From Candidatus Hadarchaeota archaeon (GTDB lineage: Archaea > CAYQAE01 > CAYVLA01), in assembly GCA_964621445.1 (NCBI GenBank), contig CAZUNO010000002.1, positions 32,001 to 96,000 on the forward strand: DNA of 64,000 nt, in the 5' to 3' direction. Of this stretch, positions 18,797 to 26,882 are shown one piece after another (position 1 is the first letter of the stretch; each line of letters starts with the position of its first letter). Made by a program: the position numbers and the translations under genes. A model generated the notes under the pieces. The model searched no databases and was not told where the DNA came from. It saw nothing but the letters and a program-made list of their open reading frames with translations.

Positions 18797-21216
18797 AGAT
18801 CCTCGATTATCAGGGGATGAGCTGGGTCAGTGATTAACCACTGGGGCAATCCCTTGTCAAGTGTAATGATCTCATAATTATCGGATTTATGCATCAGTAT
18901 CTTCCAGAACCCCGGTTTGGATTCCCCCCGCGAAATAAGGATATGGGAAGATGACCCATGAACCTTGGGATTTTCCAAGCACCCCATATGCTCCTCATCC
19001 GGGGAAAAGACATCGGCTTTAGCTCCACTCTTGCCAAGAATCAGGTTGAAGCTCTCCGTCCCTTCCGGTACGTGGAAATATAGGGGCAAATCTTCATCAA
19101 GGCACCTCCCATCCAGATCCAAGCCGTGAGGTGGAACATGGAAAGCCATCCAAGCACCGTTAACCCTCATTTTCTCCAAGGCTGCCATACGGTACGGAGC
19201 TCTAAGAAAATAGACCTTGTTTGCCTTTCCCTGGAAGGTAATTGACCTTCCTTCGGCCACCATCCCGGTGTCAATCGATTTGCCCTTTTCATCTGTCAAC
19301 ACGTATTGTATAAATTCGGCCCTTCTATGGAATCTCTCAATTTTGATCTTGACTGCTCCTTCGGACGAGCTGTATAGAAGCAAATCAATTCCACCCCTGC
19401 CCACTGGTACCAGGCAGTCCCTTGGACCTGTCTCACCCCCTATGGGCGGACTCTCCGTCACCGCCAACTCAGGGGGTTGAAAATCGATCTTTCTGGTTAT
19501 CCTACATCCCTCTCGCTGATTTGCAAGAAGCTCATCGATCTCATCCTCATCGAGGGTCAAAGGTGATTGGTAATCTGGCGGCAGGAAGCCGTAATCACGG
19601 AGGTTCCATTGGAGAAGTGACAAAACATGGCCAAAGATATCCAGCCTTTTTTGTTGACTTGCCTTCTTCTCCACGGATAAGGCATCGAGATAGCAGCTCT
19701 CGATCTCTGGATAGAGGGGGGCATATAACTCCTCCAAATGCCTCTCGGTGAGCAGGTATTTTGCACCTGAATTGCGGTTATAGAACCGAGAAAAGGCCCT
19801 ATCGAGGAGACCGAAGAGTCTCTCCACGGATTTCCCTGCTTCATAACCATAGGCCTTCAGGTAATATTCGTGGAGTATCTCCCTCGCATCCTGGTCCGGG
19901 TTCCATAGCAGTCTGGCAATGGTATAGTTACCGGGACCAGAAACGGGCCAGACTGGGTTACCGTAGATATATCCTCCCTTGAAGCCATATTTAGACATAT
20001 TTGAGAAGGTCGACTTCAGAAGCTCCGGTGACGGGGGGCATATTATCCCATTTGGTTGCACCAGGGTCGTCGGCAGATCATAGTAGTAGATATCGAAGCC
20101 GTGTTTTCTTGATAGTTCACTCCAATCTCCCCATATGGATTCGTCCCATCTTTGCTTGACCGAAGGACGATAGAGCCTGAAACCATAGGCAGGGCTATTG
20201 GGGATCACAAAGGCCAAGTTGGATTCAATATCCATTTCCTCGGAAGGCGGGTAACGATAATTCGCATACAGGTAACCCCCCAGCATGTGCTTCGGGAACT
20301 CCTTCTCCACAATCCGGGCCACATCGTTATAGAATTTCAAAACCAAAGGAGTAACCGAAATTTCACCATGGGGGTCAATTTCCTTAAGTGCCCCCGACTC
20401 CGGACTCTCGCTCCATGCCCCACCGTCGGCCGGTGATAGCGAGTACCACCGCCTTTTTGGATCCTCTCGAAATGCCTTGATGATTTTTTCGGCGAAATAT
20501 TGGACCATCTCCTGGTTCGTGGTCTCCAGCTTGTAGTATCGACCTATGGGCGGAACCCGATTTCCATCCCTCATGGCAAACCAGTCTGGGTGTTCATCGT
20601 AAAGAGAGGGAGGAACCGTCCTTATCCAACTATGATTATGCTCGATTGGGCAGACCTGGTGCAATTTCATGCGCTTATCCCATTCGTCCTCCAGAGGGGC
20701 TTTGTCTCTAAACGAAATAACGCGGTAATCAAAGGGTGGATGGTCTTCCCGGTCCATTTCGGGAATCACCAAATCTCCCATTTCCGTATATTCCTCCCCC
20801 ATCTCACCCGGCATTAGCCATCGGACTTCTAGATATTCCTCAATGAATGAATACACTCCATTGGAAGTACCATGATTCACTCCTCCCTTGTCGTTAAGCT
20901 CCCCATCTGGCGTGTCGGGACCTAGAATGAAGAGATTGGAATCGAGAGCTACAATTCTGTAGCCATCAATGGGAATCTCCGAAGGGTCCAGCCCCTCTTC
21001 CCTGGCTGCGGCAGTGTAACCCAAACTGATATACGGATTGGAAGGTGGCTGCTCGGTGGATATAACCTCGGGTAAAGCTCCAGTCACCTTTCCAAAATAA
21101 TTCCTTAGGTCCTTAGCCGCATTCCTTACGGATTCAGGAGCGGTTGGATCCAGGTAAATTGAATAATTGGTCTTTCTGTTCCGGACAATCGGGATTGATC
21201 CTCTTCCGGACTTCAA
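18793..21216 (-). CDS. DUF4838-domain protein with a C-terminal extension
   Basis: AAKDLRNYF.KVTG, GTSNGVYSFIEEYLEVRWLMPG, HPDWFA, SLSPADG, ARLLWNP; TTG start with AGGTG RBS. Confidence 0.8.
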   Translation of the reverse strand: MKSGRGSIPIVRNRKTNYSIYLDPTAPESVRNAAKDLRNYFGKVTGALPEVISTEQPPSNPYISLGYTAAAREEGLDPSEIPIDGYRIVALDSNLFILGPDTPDGELNDKGGVNHGTSNGVYSFIEEYLEVRWLMPGEMGEEYTEMGDLVIPEMDREDHPPFDYRVISFRDKAPLEDEWDKRMKLHQVCPIEHNHSWIRTVPPSLYDEHPDWFAMRDGNRVPPIGRYYKLETTNQEMVQYFAEKIIKAFREDPKRRWYSLSPADGGAWSESPESGALKEIDPHGEISVTPLVLKFYNDVARIVEKEFPKHMLGGYLYANYRYPPSEEMDIESNLAFVIPNSPAYGFRLYRPSVKQRWDESIWGDWSELSRKHGFDIYYYDLPTTLVQPNGIICPPSPELLKSTFSNMSKYGFKGGYIYGNPVWPVSGPGNYTIARLLWNPDQDAREILHEYYLKAYGYEAGKSVERLFGLLDRAFSRFYNRNSGAKYLLTERHLEELYAPLYPEIESCYLDALSVEKKASQQKRLDIFGHVLSLLQWNLRDYGFLPPDYQSPLTLDEDEIDELLANQREGCRITRKIDFQPPELAVTESPPIGGETGPRDCLVPVGRGGIDLLLYSSSEGAVKIKIERFHRRAEFIQYVLTDEKGKSIDTGMVAEGRSITFQGKANKVYFLRAPYRMAALEKMRVNGAWMAFHVPPHGLDLDGRCLDEDLPLYFHVPEGTESFNLILGKSGAKADVFSPDEEHMGCLENPKVHGSSSHILISRGESKPGFWKILMHKSDNYEIITLDKGLPQWLITDPAHPLIIEDL

Positions 21217-21321
21217 GGTTCACACCTGCGTTAAATGCATGGGGCTGAAATACAAAGACTCCTATTTTCATACATTATACATCGATTAAAATCAAATGGA
21301 GAAAAATCCAGCGGGAATAAG

Positions 21322-21460
21322 CGCTGGGGAGGGGATTTGAACCCCTGAAGCCTTTCGGCAACTGACTAGCTGCTCCGATCTGGATTAGCAGGCATACGCT
21401 GCTAAGCATCAGCGCCCTTCCAGATTGCCCGTGGATTTCTCCACACTAGGCGACCCCAGC
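21322..21460 (-). tRNA. tRNA-Ser(GCT) with three introns: 21425-21445 (position 15/16), 21394-21409 (29/30) and 21368-21385 (37/38); CCA not encoded
   Basis: The spliced 84-nt product is GCTGGGG TC GCCTAG^TCTGGAA GGGC G CTG^GC CTGCTA^A GTCAG TTGCCGAAAGGCTTC AGGGG TTCAAAT CCCCT CCCCAGC G. It has a 7-bp acceptor stem, a T-arm, a long variable arm and G73. Each intron folds into a BHB or BHL motif. Confidence 0.92.
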
Positions 21461-21485
21461 TCCAAGAGTGTGGACTTACACGGGG

Positions 21486-21500
21486 AAATAAATCTTTTCG
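21486..21500 (-). promoter_or_regulatory. BRE/TATA promoter of the tRNA-Ser gene
   Basis: Minus strand reads CGAAAAG-ATTTATTT, with the TATA ~26-33 nt upstream of G1. Confidence 0.65.
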
Positions 21501-21532
21501 ACAGAAGCGGCTCTCAATTTATCTGCGGCGAA

Positions 21533-23227
21533 TTAAACTGAATCCCCTACAAGAGATGTTGACAAATCTGAGGTTCCCTGTTTATCGTAGGGTAGAACCA
21601 GCATGAATTTCGTCCCCTTTCTAGTTTTTCTCCGGACATCGATGGTTCCGCCATGACCTTCCGCAATTTTCCTGCAAACGCACAGTCCGAACCCCTGCCC
21701 CTGTGCCTTCGTTGTAAACATGGGTTCGAAAATTCTATCCATATCCTCTTCGGGAATCCCTTCACCGGTATCACTAACGCTCATCTTAACGTTTCTGCCG
21801 TCAAAGGACGTGGATATGACGAGTTCTCCCCCATTGGGCATGGCCTGAAATGCGTTGGTTATGAGGTTAATGAGAACCCTTCTTATGAGATGAGGGTCCA
21901 CCTCGAATCCCTCCGGAGTGGGATCAATATCGGTTTGCACCGTCACATTATCAGGAACATCTACGGAATCGAGGACCTTCATAATGAAATCATGAACATC
22001 CACCGACTGAAGCTCAGGTCTTATGGGCCTAGCATAATCCTGAAGGTCGGAGACTATCTTGTTCATGTAACCGGCCCGCTTTTCAATCGTATCCAGCCGA
22101 TCCTTAACCTCCCTTAACGATCCCTTATCAAGTTCATTCTTAGCAAGATATAGGTTATTCACTATAACCTGCAGTGGATTCCGGAGGTCATGGCCAACCA
22201 TGGCCGTGGTCTCGCCGATAGCAGCCATTCGCTCCCTTTCCTTCAACTGCTTGGTCCTCTCCTCCACGAGCTGCTCCAAATGCTGCGAGTACTTCCTCAC
22301 CTTCTCTTCGGCCTCTTTCCTATCCGTTATATCCATTATTACTCCACGAAGCCCACTAAAATTTCCCTCATTCCATATGGGAATTGCACGCAATAAGACG
22401 GGGAAGGTGGAGCCATCTTTTCTTATTGCCGTAAACTCCCCTGGACCGATTTCTTGTTCCTCCACTAGTTTTCCTAATTCATTCTTCGCCTTCCCCCGAT
22501 CCTTCGGGGCCAACATATTAAACCCGTTTAGTCCGCGTTTAAGGTCTTCCTCACTGTAACCGAACATATTAAGAGCATTTTGATTCGTATAGGTCAAGTT
22601 TAGCTCCTCATCCGTTTCAAATATCGCCCCGGGCATCATATCGGCGACATTCCTGAAACGCTTCTCGCTTACCCTGCGACCCCACGAGGCCTCCTCCAAA
22701 CTTCTTGCAGAAAGCCACGCAACGGTCGCCAAAATAAAAAAACCAATCATGGCCATCACATTGGGGAATCTTTGACCAGCGGGTCCTAACCCCACAATGG
22801 TAATCGTTATGCTACATATGATGGCGAAAACAAAACTTGCCCATCGCCTCAATATGAAACTTGACAGTACTATAGGGATGGAGAAGAAGAAAACATTACG
22901 CCCGTCTGCAACTTCAACCGGGGAGTCGGAGAGAACGATGGCAATAATAAAGAGAAATAGTAATGCGAATGCCGCCGCTTCAACTGACCAATACCGGTAG
23001 AAGGCATATGTAAGCCCAATCGCCACGGTAATGATCCCAATCCCGATAAAAAGACTGCGTGTCTCCTTAGGCGAACCTACTTCCCCAAAGGATACCGCAA
23101 ATAACGTTATGATAAGGCCGACAATTAGGGCCATTGCCAGCGCTTCTAAAAAAAGCCGGACCAATCCCCTTCGCCGCTCACCTGGCATTTCGGATGAGAG
23201 ATTGCCTTGATTACTCAATCCATTCAC
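21533..23227 (-). CDS. Membrane-bound PAS sensor histidine kinase
   Basis: About 6 N-terminal TM helices, a PAS domain ending DITDRK, H-box VGHDLRNPLQ, N-box NLITNAFQAM, DTGEGI, FTTK, GFGL. Confidence 0.92.
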   Translation of the reverse strand: MNGLSNQGNLSSEMPGERRRGLVRLFLEALAMALIVGLIITLFAVSFGEVGSPKETRSLFIGIGIITVAIGLTYAFYRYWSVEAAAFALLFLFIIAIVLSDSPVEVADGRNVFFFSIPIVLSSFILRRWASFVFAIICSITITIVGLGPAGQRFPNVMAMIGFFILATVAWLSARSLEEASWGRRVSEKRFRNVADMMPGAIFETDEELNLTYTNQNALNMFGYSEEDLKRGLNGFNMLAPKDRGKAKNELGKLVEEQEIGPGEFTAIRKDGSTFPVLLRAIPIWNEGNFSGLRGVIMDITDRKEAEEKVRKYSQHLEQLVEERTKQLKERERMAAIGETTAMVGHDLRNPLQVIVNNLYLAKNELDKGSLREVKDRLDTIEKRAGYMNKIVSDLQDYARPIRPELQSVDVHDFIMKVLDSVDVPDNVTVQTDIDPTPEGFEVDPHLIRRVLINLITNAFQAMPNGGELVISTSFDGRNVKMSVSDTGEGIPEEDMDRIFEPMFTTKAQGQGFGLCVCRKIAEGHGGTIDVRRKTRKGTKFMLVLPYDKQGTSDLSTSLVGDSV

Positions 23228-24056
23228 TTCCAGAAATGGCCTCCTTCAGTCAATATTGGCGGGGCCTCCTTCTTTCACATTCATGGAAAAACAACGAAGG
23301 AAGTTGGTTTGCCAGGATCCGAGAGGGTCTTCAATCATTAAAGCCCAGATGAACTAAAGAATCACTCTGAGATTAATAATTAGATTATGTAAAAATCGCA
23401 AATCGTGTGGACCGACAGATGTATCTTGATTAATTCAGTTCTACGTAATTTTACAAAACAACGTCAATAAATGATGAAAATTTATTTGTAAAAGAGGCTC
23501 TTTGCTTCTAAATCGGCTCCAAATGCCCCAAATGTGACAAGAATAGCGAAAACCGCTCCTGGTTATAGGTATTATAGCAAAAGGAGTAATCCTAATGCGC
23601 CGATATTACCTTTAAGACCAGAAAGGGCCAAGTTTAAGAATAGAAATAACCAATAATTAAACATGGGGAAGGGGAAAAACGAGGACAATCTTCCAAAACT
23701 GCGTTTTATCCTGAGAGAACGTAGCATGGCCTGGGCTGCAGTAAAATTTGAACGGGAAGAAAAGAAATTGGAGATTGAGAAACCTGGGAGTCCATTAAGC
23801 TTGCTGAAATCCGACCGATTTGGTAGATCAGCCAAGAATTCGGTGCCCAATCACTTGGAATAGAATTCTTGATTGGCGTGGCTGATGGATGAAAAGGCCC
23901 GGCTCGGACTCTACAAGTGTCTGGAATATGAGGGAAAAATGGAGTTTAGGTAGGAATCTTGTTGAGGAGCCTACTTTATCATCCTGAAAATTGAGAATAG
24001 AGCTGGCAGCTCTCTTGCTATGATATTAATATGCGGATCATCCAATTAACTGAGAA

Positions 24057-24548
24057 ATGGAAAGAAGTGAGGTTTTAAGGCTCTGTGGAGCAAAGGGAAA
24101 AACCATTCTGGATATCGGGGCTGGTCCCCTGGCAAGGATCGCTGCAAAAAAGTTCAATTGTCGTGTTACCAGTATCGATATCGATGAATCAAAACTGAAA
24201 AGAGAAAAAGATCAGGTGGAAAGAGAAGAATTACAACATCAAATAGAACTGCGTAAAATGGATGCGGCTAATCTCCACCTTGAGGATAATTCGTACCAGA
24301 TTATTATCAGCTATGGTGCCCTTCACCACATTCCGTCGGAGGATCGGGAAAAATTCCTCTCTCACGCATTCCGGGTGGCGTCTGAGAAGCTGTGCATCGC
24401 TGATTTCAGACCTTCGGAATTTCCGCATTCCAAAGAGGAATACCTACCGGTCGACTTAAAGTGGTTGGGCTCCGCGCTTACCAAGCTGGGTCCAACTGAA
24501 AAACGTGTTGGGCGTCGTATGAATCTCTACATATGTTCCATCACATAG
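24057..24548 (+). CDS. Class I SAM-dependent methyltransferase
   Basis: ILDIGAGP, SIDID, MDAANL, YGALHHI. Confidence 0.85.
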   Translation: MERSEVLRLCGAKGKTILDIGAGPLARIAAKKFNCRVTSIDIDESKLKREKDQVEREELQHQIELRKMDAANLHLEDNSYQIIISYGALHHIPSEDREKFLSHAFRVASEKLCIADFRPSEFPHSKEEYLPVDLKWLGSALTKLGPTEKRVGRRMNLYICSIT

Positions 24549-24583
24549 AAAATATTAGTGGCATACCTCGGTTTTCTAGCATT

Positions 24584-25108
24584 ATGAAAGGAGCCGTAGT
24601 CGGCAGCACCAATCCCGTTAAGATCAATGCCGTCCGTGAAATCCTCGATTCTATTTTTGGAGATGTTCACGTTGAGGGCATATACGTCCCTTCTGGCATT
24701 TCAAGAATGCCGACCTCCCCAAAAGAGGCGATAAAAGGGGCCGAAAATAGGGCCCTGAAAGCCATGGAAAAGGGAGACTATGATATGGCATTTGGAATAG
24801 AGGGATTTACCCAGGAACTAGAACAGGGAATGTTCCTTTCCAGATGGTCTGTGGCAATGGATAGAGAGGGTAAGATGGGTTATGGGTGCAGCCATAAGTT
24901 TCAGCTGCCGAGTAAGATAGCCAAATCCATTAGAGCGGGGAGTGAGCTTGGCCCAATCATGGATGTTTTGACCGGTGAAGAGGGCGTTAGCAGGGAAAGG
25001 GGCGCCATCGGCGTCTTTACCAGGGGAACGGTAACCAGAAATGAAGCGGCCAAACAAAGCGTAATATGCTCACTGACCAGGTTCCTATCACCGGAACTAT
25101 ACCAATAG
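24584..25108 (+). CDS. yjjX: Inosine/xanthosine triphosphatase (YjjX family)
   Basis: VVGSTNPVKINAV, GAENRA, GIEG, ELGPIMD, GAIGVFT; start taken at the ATG at 24584. Confidence 0.85.
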   Translation: MKGAVVGSTNPVKINAVREILDSIFGDVHVEGIYVPSGISRMPTSPKEAIKGAENRALKAMEKGDYDMAFGIEGFTQELEQGMFLSRWSVAMDREGKMGYGCSHKFQLPSKIAKSIRAGSELGPIMDVLTGEEGVSRERGAIGVFTRGTVTRNEAAKQSVICSLTRFLSPELYQ

Positions 25109-25114
25109 GACGAA

Positions 25115-26881
25115 TCAGGCGAATTCGATATCCACTATCTGGCCCTGTTCATTGAACGTCGCTCTGAAAATGGCCACATCGCTCGAGAGCTCCTCTCTGT
25201 ATTCCTCCGCATCCCCCTGCAGAATCTTCCATAATACCTTCACTGATGTCTCTATCCCCCTACGCCCCAGTCCCCCGACCGCCAGCCGCTGGCCCTTTCC
25301 GTGCTCGGTGTAAAGGCATAGGTAACCCCAGCTGGAGGCATTACCTCCCAACTTTGGAATGCCGGTCTTAATCTCCTCAAGGGAGGCTTCCCTCCCCGGC
25401 GACATGGCTCTAAAGCGAAGCCGGCCAGAAGATTCGGATATTTCTAGACGACCCTCCTGTGATATATAGCCGGAAACGAAGTTTGCATCAGGCCCTCCCA
25501 TCCCTATCACATCACGGTACGTGTGCTGGGAATCCAGGGTGTATCTACCACCTGTTTTTGATGCCACTTGGCTATGGTTAAGAACTCGCACTTCAATGCC
25601 CTGGTCGCTAATTATATCACTGGTTTCATTCCCCCAGATCTCCAGCTCGGATGCAGAGACAATACCCGTCGTATTACCACCATAGGTAATCTCCGTTACA
25701 TTGCCCAAAAGGTTCCCGAGATGAAACAGGTCAACATCAAATTCCAGGTTTACCGAGCGCAATACCTGCCTCTTGCTTTCATTCGCAACCCAATACTCCG
25801 CGGCGAGAACGATACTTTCGGAACCCTCTGGTGAGATTTCAGCAACGGCCTCAAGCTCCCTCAGTTCACCTGGCCCCAGACTATCAACGGTGATGTTGCC
25901 GGATAACAATTGGGCGCCACCACTTTGCTTGTATAGGTTGATATTTGACACCGAACCCGTTCCTTGATTCCATATCCCAATCGGTATGGCGGCGGTATAG
26001 TTACCATTCGGGGAGGGATGGACCTTTGGGGAGGTATCCAAAGCTAGCGCCTGTAGTTCCGCCTGCACTATATCCCCTGATACCCAGCGCACCATGTTTA
26101 GCAAAAATTGGTTATTATCAAACGAGTTTAAAAATCGGCTGCTCCAGAGATCATTGTCACCTATACAAGCTATCCTTCCCTTTCCGTAGGTCGAGATGGC
26201 GGCTATGGTCTTTTTTCCCGTATCCTCGTCATCGTCAAGTTCCAGATCACCATCGGTGTCCGCCCATGATTCCTCTGAAGTCCAGGCCACGGGAGAAGCA
26301 TTTCCGGAGGTCTGCAATGAACATCCCGCGTGATAACTGATACGATCCAAACCATCGGTCACCTCATCTCCGGAGAATGCATCTATCATTGGCCAATGTG
26401 CATATCTGGAATCCGAGATAAAGGGATTATTCGGGTCGCAAATGGTATTTCTCTCAAAAATTATACCAAACTCCGAGGTTATCTCGTTCACCCTTTCACG
26501 GGCCCATGGCTGATACTTTGAGCTCGAACCCTGACCAGCGATAATCATGCCGTTTCCCTCGGACACGTAATCCAGAAGCATATCGATGTCATTGGACAGG
26601 CTACCACCATCCCTTGGCGTTATTAACAGTACGGAGACCAGATCCGTCAGGTTATCCGGATGAAGTTTTTGCACGCCGGTATAGGGACTTAGCAAGTGGG
26701 CCCTGAAGCCTATTTTATCAAATGATACCGCGGCATGCCAGTAATCATAAATGCTGAGCTGTTCCTCCATATGAGTCTCTATAAAGGCAGCAGTTGGTTT
26801 TTCAACCGAGGAAATTGGCACAGCCGAGAATATAATAACCAGCAAGATCAGGCCGGAAATCATCCGCCTCCTCCAAATCAC
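25115..26881 (-). CDS. Secreted multidomain protein (DUF4350/GATase-like domain plus Ig/CARDB-like domain)
   Basis: Signal peptide (WRRRMISGLILLVII), YGKGRIACIGDNDLWS...NNQFLLNMVRW, IWNQGTGSVSNI; probable GTG start just past the ileS stop. Confidence 0.65.
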   Translation of the reverse strand: MIWRRRMISGLILLVIIFSAVPISSVEKPTAAFIETHMEEQLSIYDYWHAAVSFDKIGFRAHLLSPYTGVQKLHPDNLTDLVSVLLITPRDGGSLSNDIDMLLDYVSEGNGMIIAGQGSSSKYQPWARERVNEITSEFGIIFERNTICDPNNPFISDSRYAHWPMIDAFSGDEVTDGLDRISYHAGCSLQTSGNASPVAWTSEESWADTDGDLELDDDEDTGKKTIAAISTYGKGRIACIGDNDLWSSRFLNSFDNNQFLLNMVRWVSGDIVQAELQALALDTSPKVHPSPNGNYTAAIPIGIWNQGTGSVSNINLYKQSGGAQLLSGNITVDSLGPGELRELEAVAEISPEGSESIVLAAEYWVANESKRQVLRSVNLEFDVDLFHLGNLLGNVTEITYGGNTTGIVSASELEIWGNETSDIISDQGIEVRVLNHSQVASKTGGRYTLDSQHTYRDVIGMGGPDANFVSGYISQEGRLEISESSGRLRFRAMSPGREASLEEIKTGIPKLGGNASSWGYLCLYTEHGKGQRLAVGGLGRRGIETSVKVLWKILQGDAEEYREELSSDVAIFRATFNEQGQIVDIEFA

Positions 26882-26882
26882 T

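Noticed and set aside
23471-23540. ATGATGA C-box-like motif suggesting a C/D sRNA
   Set aside because: No CTGA D box at a suitable distance.
23663-23863. 66-aa ORF (and antisense ORF 23572-23850) in the AT-rich gap
   Set aside because: No recognisable motifs. Reading through the TAG meets a TGA two codons later, so there is no support for a real gene or recoding.
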